Shown one piece after another: positions 40,101 through 51,942 of a stretch of 64,000 nt of DNA; position 1 is the first letter of the stretch; every line of letters begins with the position of its first letter. A program made the translations under genes and the position numbers. This DNA comes from Iphione sp. A-MEVVRFRX5 (lineage: Eukaryota), in contig OZ320318.1 in NCBI GenBank assembly GCA_976226885.1, forward strand, positions 81,964,001-82,028,000. Direction: 5' to 3'. The notes beneath the pieces are model-generated. The model was not told where the DNA came from. It made no database searches and saw nothing but the letters and a program-made list of their open reading frames with translations.

Positions 40101-43100
40101 AGAGTGTCAACCACCAGCATACAACGGCATATTTTTATTCTTTCGTGAAGTTACAACACAGATTCTACGAGTGAAATTGTACTTTTCCCGACAGTTTAGG
40201 GAAACTACAAAAAACATCATGTCAAGCCATGTTTTTTTGACTCAGCAGTGGTTAATTTGTGCAGTGTACTTTGCTAAGGATATGTACATGCACAGGATTA
40301 TGTGATTCATACAATAAAAAGAAAATCCCACTGAATTTATACGACTCCTGCCTTACTCATAAAGCAGGTTCTTGCCCTAGATATGTACTAAACATGAATA
40401 AATGGTGCATTAAGTATAACCAAACTTCCCGCATTGAATGGCATGGTGTGGACTGGGGGCTGGATTTGACACGGAAGTTGCATTGATTTGTTAGGAAAGT
40501 TTAATTAAATTGGAAAAATATTAATTGATTTGACATTAAAGTGTCCGCGTATGTAGGAAAAAATCTTTATTATAACAGCGTCCAACAGGCAGGTTTCATT
40601 TCTGATGAAATAAAAAAATGCAGCAGTGGTATTTCTGACTTCGGTACTGGTCAGACCACAAACTTGATTATTATATGCCCGATATTCAGTGGTAATATAT
40701 CCGTTCATGCTTGTGTCAAGGGTACATCATTATAAATTACGGCATTAACTCTGATATAAGGTGAGAAATTTGATTTACCCGTGTCCTGGGGTCGAGGATG
40801 GCTTACAGACCTGGACTTACAATATCTTAAGTTTGCCACCATCAGATGGACTGCATAGTTGCACTACAATAAATCCTACCGCAGAATTCCCTTACCACCA
40901 GCCATATCAATGACATGTACAGGTATCTATTTGTTTATACTGACCTGTACAGTCTGGTATGGATGATTACAATCTCTTATGTGCAATAAACCAAAATGCA
41001 TACACTAAACAACTCACCTGATTCGTTTTAAAGTTAATTCTTAACACCACCATGGCAGTAAGTAGTCAGACTTGCAGAACCTCTTCTTTTTAACTTGCTT
41101 TATTAATAGGGCCATGGTCCTAGGGTACCATACTGCCATTTAATGCTGGGGTGAGATTCTACAGTACCCAGTATTGTCCCTTCCTCGTATTTGAATGCAG
41201 GTAACATATTGTTTTGGTTTCCTCAGACAACATGATTCCTTTGCACTTCAAATTGTTTCACACGACGTGAAATTCTCTGACCTGTCCTTTGTCAGATCGG
41301 TCCCAAAGCTATGAGGGACAGTAAAATAAGTACATGTAGTACTGAAGCACAATACTAGGAACTGCTCTGACCTTGACAGAAGGTCACATTTCAACAGAAC
41401 CACTTCTGACCTCAGCGTTCTCTGTGGCATAGTGAAGCGACGGTAGGGGGGAGCACGCATCCCTTGCGATCAACCAAGAAGGCTGTAATCTCATGCAGAG
41501 TTAGTGCAGCTTTGTAATCTGACACCTCCCTATCCAACAAACAGGACTTATACAACCAACTCTAAAGTGACACGTGTAATTCAAATCTTTGTGTCATAAC
41601 CAGATGTCCCTGCTCATCTGACCATGAATGTCAGTGTAACAATTTCGTTTACTGAGGTCAGACATTTTAGCGTCTCGCACATCTATTTGAATATATCGGT
41701 CCCTAAGTGCATCGAAGATGCGCGGTAGTACAGATCGTCAAGCATCACGCAAAGAGCATATTCAACCTGCTTGAAATACGGCCCAAGGGGAAGGTGCGCT
41801 GAGTAAGCGTGTGCGCGTGAGCCTGTGTGTGTGTATATGTGTCTGCATGTGTGCATTACAATGTCCGTAGGGGAGTCATTATAGTAGTTTCACCATTAGG
41901 GGTGGGGATTTAAGAACTGTTGTTAAAGACATGTAATGACCAGTGTAAAGAAATATACAAATGTCGATGTCAATCTTCTTGATTGCATGTGCACTGGAAC
42001 TAAAAGACACCGATTTTTAGAATTCATATAGAAACGCCTTTTCTCTTTCTTGGCCCTCGACAAATCGGCCTATGTTGAAATGTGAAAATATTATTGGCTG
42101 TGTGTGTGTCGTCACGTTGAAACCACAAAGCTACTGCATACTGCATGATGGTGAGGAAACCAGGACCATGCCTGTCAATTTGTCAAGGAAAAGTTCGGTT
42201 CGGAAAGGTTATACTGTGCAACAGTCGACACGTTTGCAATTGTGAGGGTTTTTTGTGGTCAAACAATCAAATAAAGATTACGTAGTGGCAGTATGTGTTC
42301 AGAATCCACTCTNNNNNNNNNNNNNNNNNNNNNNNNNNNNNNNNNNNNNNNNNNNNNNNNNNNNNNNNNNNNNNNNNNNNNNNNNNNNNNNNNNNNNNNN
42401 NNNNNNNNNNNNNNNNNNNNNNNNNNNNNNNNNNNNNNNNNNNNNNNNNNNNNAACCGCACGGTTGTTCGTGCCAGTGTGAAAGAGTGTCAGACAGGGCG
42501 GCAAATTAATTTGCTTTCAACTTGGCCGGGTCACGTGGCCAGCAGATACTCTCATGTCGATAAAATACACGTGTGTGCGTGAAGATTATAGCGTTCACAG
42601 CGTCTCCTGGGATCCTGACTCCGCAGTCCGCGCCTAGTTCCCGGGTCCACCGGCAGGGCTGCGTATGCGCATGCGCACGCAGTCCCCTGTATGCGCATGC
42701 ATCAATAATGAACGCACATATGCCGGGTCGGAGGGCCATCTAACGGTAGCTGTCAGAATGACTCTAATCCTGATGGCTTCACTTCGTGCACGTTAAAATT
42801 TCACGATTGTTCTGGGAGCAAGTAAAGTCGGTAAAGTTACATGCTGTGATATGGAAATCAGAGCAGATCACGAGTATATTATTATGAATGTTTTTGCGCC
42901 ATATAATCTACTCGCGAAATTAAGATTCAGCGAAATCTAAGTTTGGAGATTATGCCTGGTGACACCCAACCCATAAACCCCTGCGTGCTTCAAATAAGGG
43001 GGGCCTGGTGACAAATGGTAACTGGCATGTCGCCTCTGTTATGCCAAGGCCACTGTTGTCAGGTCGCCCTGTAATGCCACCTGCCTCGTACACTGTCCAG

Positions 43101-45344
43101 GGCCGCTCCAAACCCATAAAATAAAGCCCTGAGCGTTGAGTGGATCAGTACTGGGGCAAAGTTGAAGACCAAATGTTTTCTTTAACATGTCCATTTCAAT
43201 GTTTCCCTTTTGCCCGTTTCATTACCATGATGAAAGCCACTTGGGTGTGGAAAATGTGTGTACTTGTACACAGACAGACACACACACGTATATATATACT
43301 GTATTTATAAATGTGCGTGTGGTTTAGTATGTTGCTTTTGGGGGTGTTTAAACAAAAGAATGCGATACTTTTAAGGCACCAATATGGAATACTTTCTCTG
43401 AAGTATAGAATATTTCGTAGGGTATATTGTCAAGAATGCCATTTATACTGAATTTGTCATGCCCCAAAATTAGATCTTTGAGTTTCCCGCGGTTTTCGTT
43501 GCTATGGCGACACCATCTCATTTTGAACTTTTCCATTAAAGCTAAGCGGATTGAAGCTCGGCAAGACAAGCGAGGTCATCAGATCGAGCCACAAAGCTCC
43601 TTTTTCCTGCTCATCCTTTTGATCTCTTAAATCTCATATTAAATCAAAAGGTAGCCGTCATCTTTCAGTTTTCTTTTGTTTCAAACACACAAGGGGAGCC
43701 CCAAGTAACACTGTAAAATGATTGGCAGGAACGTATGTCTGCAAGGATGGGCTGGGGATATCGACTTCCGGTCCAAAATAGGTCGAGCAGACGACATTCT
43801 GATTTGAGTGATCTCTTTTGGCGTAGAGATATGATTGAATACCTGCGTTCGTAGACGCTGATCTCGTAATGGCTTTTTAAAAAATAGTAAACATAGAAAA
43901 TCTTTACGCTGCCCCGTCTCTTGTCACTGTCCGTTTCTCTGTTTCTGTCTATGTCCGTCAACCTTTCTGGATAACTTCTGCTACGCCTCTCCCCTCCTTT
44001 CTGAAATCTTTGTTTCTCTTTGTCTTTGTCTGCCTATCCGTTCTATCGTGCGACCGTTTTTCTGTAGTCATGTCTTTACTCCCTGTTTATTTTGTCCATC
44101 TCCCCCCTCCCCCCTCCCAGAGGCTGGGGACCCTAGAACTGCTGCTGTCCATCCACCGTCATGGTGGCTGGTGGGGGACAATAGACCTCGTAGGTCCTTG
44201 TCCTTAGTTTTTTCTTTATCCCGTCCTCTCTCCCCCCGTTTGTTACCCATATATCTTTTTTCCTTCGTCTCTTACCCCTCCCTCTATTCTTCTTACTGTA
44301 TGATACTACATGTAAATAATTTACACATCTTTTGATTCATCCCCTTACTCCTTTAAAAAAAATTCCCCAATGTCAATTTTAAATCTTCCCTGCGAATACC
44401 CAGCGCACTATGAAATTAATTTGAAAATGAACCTCTTAGTCCCCTCCCAGATGGCGACACTCATCCCATCTCCCACAATTCATTTCCATCCGCTCCGCGA
44501 ATGACGTAACACTACCATGAACGCATCAGAGCTCCCTCCCACCCACCCATCCACCCACCCTGCCTCCTTATTACCCTTCTTCTCGTACACCCTCCCAACC
44601 CACTCGCCATCCTCCGGAAAAAAAGAAACATAAATTAATGGCAGTGTCATCAGGGAATTGATTGTGTAATTAACTTAGGCCGTATCGACCTTGTTTCTGG
44701 CCATGTCGATGCCTGAATCGTAATTTTACGAACCACTAAATATTCACGAAGTAAACAGTGTAAACAGATAGTGAATACAGAGTAACGCATTGTTGCCGTT
44801 TCAGCAATAACAGTAATGGCAGAAAATGTAAGAAATATGGGCAAATTACAAAATTGACTATATAAGCCAGCAGATATTTCGTTGACGCGAAATTAATACG
44901 GTGGGAATGATGTTCGAATACGGGCAATATTAACACATGTGATTTGACTAAGCGTTGGAAAGATGAGATTAGTAGGAGGGCACGCCATCTTGGGGTCTAG
45001 ATCACATGGGCTGGGAGAGGGGGGGCGTGATAGGGTTGGGGGTTGACGTCGGATGCAGTGCTATACTGGCACTTTGTAGGGTTTATATCTAGGAATTGAA
45101 TACCGGAAAACACAATTCCCTGCATGTCTGCTTGTATACGTCTGTGCATCTGTTTGTCTCTGTCTCTCACTGCCTCTCGGCGTCTCCTCCCCCCCCCCCT
45201 TGCCCGCCCCCCCCCCCAGCTTCCCTTCGTCCTTATCTCATTCCTTCCCTATGTGACTTCCTTTGCCTGCCTGTCTCCCCTGTCCCCGTCTGCCTCTTTC
45301 TCCCTTAACCCCCGTCTCTTTATCCTACTTATATTTGTTCTTTG

Positions 45345-45465
45345 ATAACTTCCTGTCTGCCTGCCTGTCTCCCTGCCTGCCTGTCTCCCTGCCTGCCTGC
45401 CTGCCTGCCTGCCTTCCTGCCTGCCTGCCTGTCTGCCTGCCTGCCTGCCTGCCTCCCTCCCTCCC
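45345..45465. repeat. (CTGC)n-like microsatellite
   Basis: Directly visible, imperfect. Confidence 0.9.
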
Positions 45466-46419
45466 TCCCTCTTCTTGTTTGCTTACCTCTTTCCTTCAGC
45501 CTATGTCTCCCCGACTCCTACCTCTCTTTCTCCTGCTCTCTACTTCCCCGATTCCAATCCCTTGCCCCTTTCTCTTTCTTCCTTTATTTCCTCTCTCACT
45601 GCCTCCTTCCACTCGATCTCTTCCCATCTCCTTTCTATCTTGTCCTTAAATACAGACCTTTTCGAATGCTCTATAATGTGAACCGCTGCTAGTCACCCGC
45701 TATAACTGATGGCTTTACCCGTTGCAAAAGAACAATGTTAATCCACTAGTACCGCCCTCAGGGAACATTAGCGTAAACCAAATGCACGTGTACCTAGAGG
45801 CGTGTGACAGCCTTCTTGGCTGAAGTCTCGTATTGTACAGGTGCAGGAGCCCTACCATCCTTTCTAATGCTCTTTCCCTAACCCCATCATTAATCCGAAC
45901 CTTTTTAAAATGTATCTCCAACCCAAGGCCTGTTGCCACCGTATTCGTATACCTTGACTCACTCCCTTTCTCTGTCTCTGTCCTTGAACCAATCCCTATT
46001 GTTTGATTTCATAACAGACCACCTGTCCGACAGACCTCCTGACATAATGTATCTCGTTTTTGAGTGCCTCTCTTTATCGTTCTGTAGTGTCCCTGTCTCC
46101 CTTTGTCCTTACCATCCTCCCCGGATAGCTTCCCAGATCCCGTAGTCTTTCTCTTTTCCTTCCTATCCTCTCTCTTTCTGTCTTACTTCTCTTTACACCT
46201 CTTCATCCCTGCCGCAGCTGTACTCCCCCCATAGCTCTATGCTTCTGTCCAGACTTCATGCCTTCATCACCGCACCATGGCCTGTGTCCCTTGCTGTCTC
46301 TCCCCTCCCTCTTTTTCCTCTTCTCTACCCTCTTTCGACGGTTATGCTTCTATCTCGTTCTTTGTCCGTCTCTGTCTTTGTCTGTCTCTGTCTGTCTCTG
46401 TCTCTCCATCCCTGTCTCT

Positions 46420-46520
46420 CCTCCCTGTCCCTCCTCCCTGTCCCTCCTCCCTGTCCCTCCTCCCTGTCCCTCCTCCCTGTCCCTCTCTCCCAGTCCTTCC
46501 CTCCCTGTCCCTCCCTGTCC
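46420..46520. repeat. 13-bp tandem repeat (CCTCCCTGTCCCT)n
   Basis: Several perfect consecutive copies. Confidence 0.9.
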
Positions 46521-48429
46521 CTCCCTCCCTCCCTCCCCTCTGTTCCTCTTGCATTCATCATGCTTGCTCCCTCCTCCTCCCCCCCCCCCCTCTCTTTCTC
46601 TGTCTCCCCTTATAGCTTCACAGCATCCCTTTGTTCGCAGTAGGCTAAATATATCTCCATCTCTTCAAATCAATGGACCTCCATCCGGGATCTGAAATAA
46701 TGTGTCATGTGATACGTCGACAACAAAGCGTTTGAATACCAAGGCTGAGATAACAGTGAGCTAGTGCGTGATATTAGCATCGATACACCACTAAAAGGCA
46801 TGCACATAGTACATCTATACAATACAGGGAGATGCCAGTAGAGCATGATCAAGGCTGATTATATGAATAAGTATGAGTATTTATGGTAACCTTGTTCACT
46901 TTAGATAAAGAAGTAAAAATCACCGTAAACTGCTTCAAATCTGAACACTCTTTATGTTGATTACAAGTGTCCTGATTAGAGATCTGTCTTCTTTGTACAC
47001 AACTTCAAATTACATATAGTTCGCGAAAAGTCGGTCCCTTTCACAGAACGTACTGTTTTTATATACAGCTTTAATCGGATTCTTTAAATAAATGTCTTCA
47101 TCTAGGTCTGAACTCTTCACATGTCTGTCTAGGGTTCATTGGTATATTCACCATGTAAAACGTTGAATATTTCTCTGTCGCTGACCCAGCAAAAACTGGC
47201 AGGTGAATATAAGAAGCAGCCGGAATATTAGTTATGTATCACACTATTACCGACCTAATTCACCAAAGTGAAACAAGTCCAATTCCACAAGTCTTATATA
47301 ATATATTTCTATGGATTTGTACGTATCATACACGACAGAACAATTTTGATTCGACATAATGTATTTATTAGCGTTAGCAAATTAAAATGGTGAAATATAA
47401 CGAGAGAGCCAAAATAATAACTTGGGTATAAGCATTCTGGCATATCATAGCTTCCATTTTTCCCAGTTCAACAATAACTGTACATCTGCTGAACAATACT
47501 ACAAACGTAGACTGAGTGCTGTTGACAGACTGACGAGATCTGCAGTGTGATTACCTCATTCAGTTCAACCTTGAGAAATGAATGCTTTGTAATAAGAACA
47601 TGCCGTTATGTGTTAATTATAACCACCTATCAAAGGCACAGCTCAACGAGCAAACAGGCAGGTGTCGGTGGGCAGTACATTCTGCTGAAGGACTTCCATC
47701 TTGTGGGATGATCACATGATCCATGGTGTTATGTGATATATATATATATATATGTAATGGATACCACCTGTTCTCTCTTGTTCGAGAGGAAAACTAATTA
47801 TTCCTTTGGTACATCATGGATTAATTCAACTATTCATGGTAGACATCTTGGATAGTGGTAATGTGTTAATGTAACGCATGCACACACACATGCACGCACC
47901 CGTACACAGCTACACCTTTCGACCAACACAGTGTTCACCATCCACTCTAGATTTCTGTAGAAAGATAAGAATGTAATAAACTACATTGTTAGTATAACTA
48001 AAATGACACACTGAGGTTGCATCATTTTATCTCTTCTGGATATTGGGATATATAATTTTAGATCAGCGAAGGGATATTACTAAGAACGGGGATTTCCCGT
48101 GTGAGTTTTAACGTCGATTAAATGCCACAGGTTCGACATCGTACCTGTGAAAATATCAAAACAGAAAAGCGACTTGAACTCTGCACACTCGGTGGCGGTG
48201 ACCGTCCTCTATCAAGGGCGACTCTTGGCGCCGATCAGGGTTGCCTTGGCAACCCAAGATGGCGACTTGCCAAGTGTCGTTGTTTCTCGTGCGTTCTCGT
48301 TTTGAATACGTTGCACCCGTAGAAAAGGGTTCATCTTGGTTGGAAACTCGACGTGCACTGTCCTCGCAACCCGGCAATGGATGAACAGAAAAAAAAACCA
48401 GCGAGCCCACTGACACACTAACCGGCGAA

Positions 48430-48545
48430 CACACAATTTATCTTATGAAAGGGGTTCTATCCTGGTGTGTCTTCTTCCCCTTTTTTCTGTGTCGCATGCA
48501 TACACAAAAACGATTTTCAGGAAATCCACTCAGCTTTTTAAGGGA
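48430..48545 (+). repeat. Diverged tandem unit, copy upstream of the LINE
   Basis: Similar to 55289-55411: GTTCTAYCCTGGT.TGTC...GCATGCA..CACA.AAA.GATTTTCA.G.AATCCACTCA.CTTTT. Confidence 0.85.
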
Positions 48546-48752
48546 CAAGATGGCGTAGCGCTTAAGACGTGTGGCGGTTAGGGAGCGGAGCATTATCCGA
48601 AGAAATAAGCAGTTGAAGCTTCCTAAGAGAATAAGGAAATAACCAACACCCGTGGGAATATCTGAGGAACGGCTTGGGCACCGTCATAAAGGAATAACTA
48701 CCGAAAGGAAAGGACACAGTGCGCTTAAACCAAGCCACCCACGGACCACGAC
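48546..48752 (+). promoter_or_regulatory. LINE 5' UTR with terminal YY1-type motif (candidate internal Pol II promoter)
   Basis: CAAGATGGCG at the first bases of the element. A 5'-terminal YY1 site is established for mammalian L1 internal promoters; function here is inferred. Confidence 0.6.
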
Positions 48753-50522
48753 ATGTCCCAGGAAGGCACGAGCAGGGTTACGCGGAGTGGGGACCCGAGC
48801 CAGGCCGGGATAACTAGGTCACAACGGTCGCAAATACAAACCGAGGACCTCGAAAAAGAAGGCAAATCTCGACAATCACACAAGGTAAACAAACTCCATT
48901 CACACTTGGGGCGTCGACTCTCTCTACCGAATGACTCTGTATGTGCTTTAACCTCGCTTATAACAGCAAAACCAGTCAGCTTTGCAGAAGGGCTAGCCAA
49001 AATCGCAAGGAGGGAGGAGCTGCTTGATATGGAAAATGAGAAAGGGCTAAAAACAGGCAGTCAAGACGCTAATGATGTAAATACCCAAACTACGATAGAA
49101 GAAGATATGGACACCAACGAGGATGGATTAGATGAGGACAGTGATGACTACACCACCGAGGAAGAAACACCAAAAAAGCCAATGAGGCCGAGACATCCCG
49201 GACGCAAGAAGCGCAAGGCGAATAGTCCATGCACAGAGGAGGACCTCTCCAATACTGAGCTTGGAGTTAATGCTGCCACTGGAGGAAATAACCCGCTCAC
49301 GCTAGAGGATGTACTGCAGACAGTTTTATCCCAAGGTGCGAAAACACGGCAGAGCATAAACAGAAAGTTCAGATCGCTTGAGAAAAAGGTGAGTGCAGCC
49401 GACCAAGACCGTAAGACGATTAAGAAAACAGCGACCGACACGCGAGCAAGGGTTGAATCACTTGAGACCAAGGTTAAAGCTCTTGAGGAAGAGAACGCGA
49501 AGCTACGAGCATTAATAGATGATGACAAACCAACCATTAATAACGAAAAAATAGCAAAACTCCAAAGAAGTGTGGACTCACTGCAACGCCACAGCAGACG
49601 GAAAAACATCTTCATTGATGGAATAGTGCATTCGGACGGAGAAGACTTGAAACAAAAAGTAATCGACTTAAGTGGAAAGATAGGTGTGAAACTAAAAAAA
49701 TCAGACTTATCTGAATGCAGACGCACAGGCAAGAAGGACAGTGAAGGGATCCCAGGAATATTTCTATCATTCAGAGATACAGAGAAGAAGGCCGAGGTAA
49801 TGAAAAAGAAAGGAAAACTGAAAGAGATAAAAGAAGCTGGGAAGATCTGGATAAATCATGACCAAACGGCAGAGGAACGAAAACACCAGGCAAACCTGCG
49901 CGCTGTGGCAAAACTAGCCAAAGAGCGTGACCTAAAAACCCAAATACGGGGTGATGCAATCCAAATCGAAGACCGAACCTATAAATATGACCAACTGTCG
50001 GAACTACCAAAGGAACTGTCGCTTCAAAAGACAAGAGAGCTAGTCAATGATGGACATCTATTTTTCTCTGGGGAAGAGCATGTTCTATCGAGTCTGTACA
50101 AGTGCAATCTCACTTGGAAAGGAAATTCATTTGTCTCCACTGAACAAGCATATCAATGGGCACGAGCCACCGACTCAGGCGACAATGAAGTAGCACGCGA
50201 GATCGTTGAATGCAAAACCGCTGCCGGGCTATGCCGACTCCAAAAAAAGATCAAGGAATCAAAACATTGGAAAGCCAAACAACAGTCAACTATGGAAGAG
50301 CTAACGTTACATAAGTTTACGCAAAACCCACTGGCGGGTGAGTCACTACTTGAGACCGGCGATCTAGTCCTGGTTGAAGCATCGAATGACTTGTTTTGGG
50401 GTGCCGGGGCCACCCTACGCTCAGACCGTATACAAAGCCGAACCTATGAAGGTAGCAACACATCTGGGCTAGTTCTAGAATCCACACGCTCGGAACTCAG
50501 AGAATTAGCCAAAATAGCCTAA
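48753..50522 (+). CDS. LINE ORF1p: disordered/acidic N-terminus with basic patch, coiled coil, L1-type RRM and CTD, C-terminal NADAR domain
   Basis: 589-aa ORF. RPRHPGRKKRK basic patch; heptad-like region about aa 195-280; RRKNIFIDG...SECRRTG...IFLSF...IWINHDQTAEER matches the L1-like ORF1 RRM/CTD pattern (Transposase_22-like); aa 434-585 carry NADAR motifs. Confidence 0.92.
   Translation: MSQEGTSRVTRSGDPSQAGITRSQRSQIQTEDLEKEGKSRQSHKVNKLHSHLGRRLSLPNDSVCALTSLITAKPVSFAEGLAKIARREELLDMENEKGLKTGSQDANDVNTQTTIEEDMDTNEDGLDEDSDDYTTEEETPKKPMRPRHPGRKKRKANSPCTEEDLSNTELGVNAATGGNNPLTLEDVLQTVLSQGAKTRQSINRKFRSLEKKVSAADQDRKTIKKTATDTRARVESLETKVKALEEENAKLRALIDDDKPTINNEKIAKLQRSVDSLQRHSRRKNIFIDGIVHSDGEDLKQKVIDLSGKIGVKLKKSDLSECRRTGKKDSEGIPGIFLSFRDTEKKAEVMKKKGKLKEIKEAGKIWINHDQTAEERKHQANLRAVAKLAKERDLKTQIRGDAIQIEDRTYKYDQLSELPKELSLQKTRELVNDGHLFFSGEEHVLSSLYKCNLTWKGNSFVSTEQAYQWARATDSGDNEVAREIVECKTAAGLCRLQKKIKESKHWKAKQQSTMEELTLHKFTQNPLAGESLLETGDLVLVEASNDLFWGAGATLRSDRIQSRTYEGSNTSGLVLESTRSELRELAKIA
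50052..50507 (+). other. NADAR (YbiA/DUF1768, PF08719) domain within ORF1p
   Basis: Motifs appear in the order recalled for E. coli YbiA: FF..LSSLY, STEQAYQWAR (cf. SEHYFQAQK), W, HKFTQN (cf. AKFEQH), LLETGDLVLVEASNDLFWGAG (cf. LLATAPAKLVEHTENDAYWGDG), GSNTSGLVLESTR (cf. GKNRLGYLLMELR). Comparison made from memory. Confidence 0.9.
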
Positions 50523-50535
50523 ATACCAAGCAAAC

Positions 50536-51183
50536 ATGGATAGTGACGTGGTTTACCTAGCAGACAGCAGAGGCAGATATTTGCGAGAGGCCCTCAATAT
50601 ATTAGGGGTGCCGGGCAGCGTACACTTCATTCCCGGAGGGAATTTCCGTACGCTCGTGGCATATGCACGCAGGCACCAACGGCAGCAGTCACCGTGGGCA
50701 ATAGTGATCCTAGCAGGAATAAACAACATAACAAGATTAGTCAAGCAAGATGGCAAAAGGTGGGTGATCCCGAGGTACACTAATGCCCAGAAGGGGAGAG
50801 AAGATCTGGAAAACGAAATACAAAGGACATACACTAACCTACGCAACCTGTACCCAGACTCAAGGATTATATTTGCGACTATATTCAGTATGCACCTGCT
50901 GAAATATAATTTCTGGCTGAATGGAGTAAGAAAGAACCCATCTGAGTACAAAGAATGCCAGACACTAGTAGAAACCCTTGTACGGGAAATGAACCACCTG
51001 ATAACTGTGCAGAACGCCGCCGTGGGTGAAGGCAATATCTGGTGTGCAAGAATCATCTACTCAAAACATCGAGGGAAGAGTAGATACCGATATGGGAAAT
51101 TGTACGACGGAATCCACCTCGGGAGGCAAGAAACGTTAGAACTCGGAGAGAAGATCGAAGCATGGTATGCCCACCATGCTTAG
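50536..51183 (+). CDS. Stand-alone SGNH/GDSL-type hydrolase (esterase) encoded by the LINE
   Basis: 215 aa. Block I YLADS11RG, block II PG34G, block III LAG61IN63N, block V D191GIH194L. ATG lies 13 nt after the ORF1 stop in strong Kozak context (AAACATGG). Confidence 0.87.
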   Translation: MDSDVVYLADSRGRYLREALNILGVPGSVHFIPGGNFRTLVAYARRHQRQQSPWAIVILAGINNITRLVKQDGKRWVIPRYTNAQKGREDLENEIQRTYTNLRNLYPDSRIIFATIFSMHLLKYNFWLNGVRKNPSEYKECQTLVETLVREMNHLITVQNAAVGEGNIWCARIIYSKHRGKSRYRYGKLYDGIHLGRQETLELGEKIEAWYAHHA

Positions 51184-51942
51184 GAATTGATAACAAGCCT
51201 CGTCGTGCCAGACTGAAGGACCGCTATGCCAGGGCCACGGACAACAACAACAAGAGCTACTGACATGTGCATCCACCTACGTGTGCAGGTGTGGGCGGCT
51301 GTCCCGCCTAGCATTGAGGTATAGTGGTGTAACATGTCATAGTTATTCTCGGAATGTGTGCGTCTAGGACCTGGGCTATCTGTCTGACCTACACGCGCGT
51401 TGCTGCTAATTCAATACACTGTGTCACATTGATACATGGGACATTACTCGACAATATGAACCAACACTGCAGTACCGCCGACCTGATGCAGATAAGTAAA
51501 GAACTATCTAACGCACTTATTTTTTGCTCCTCTATATGTCGTATAACATGCCATTGACCGCACGTAGTCATGTAAATCTCTTTCAGTGGTTTTTTGTTTG
51601 ACAGTCTAGTAAATACCTGCTTCTGTAGTCATCGTAATAACCGCGCCTACTATACCGACTAGAATGCAAACGCATGAGTTATCTACTGCAAGGAATTATG
51701 AATAGCTACTGAAATATCCTCCCGCTTAGCCAAAACCATTACTTACGCGAACGCCATCTAGGTCACGCATCGTGACTGCAGCATCGTATCCTAGGTGCTA
51801 CATAAATTGTAATTACATAAGTGGGATTTAATACTTGAATCTCACAACCTTACTGTGATATCTTATTTTGTGAATGTATATACTGTAAATAACACATTAC
51901 CAAACTGTATATACTGCACCGGTCTAAATACGAGACCATACC

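Noticed and set aside
806-47000. Many S/L/P/F-rich or R/E/G-rich ORFs, including X-containing ORFs
   Set aside because: Translations of (CT)n, (GA)n, (CTGY)n tracts or N gaps.
49148-49732. 194-aa minus-strand ORF (also 50553-51056 and others inside the LINE)
   Set aside because: Shadow frames opposite A-rich coding sequence; no recognisable motifs.
51354-51557. 67-aa ORF in the LINE spacer, and a short basic tail in another frame after the SGNH stop
   Set aside because: Short, no motif; within chance expectation unless conserved across copies.
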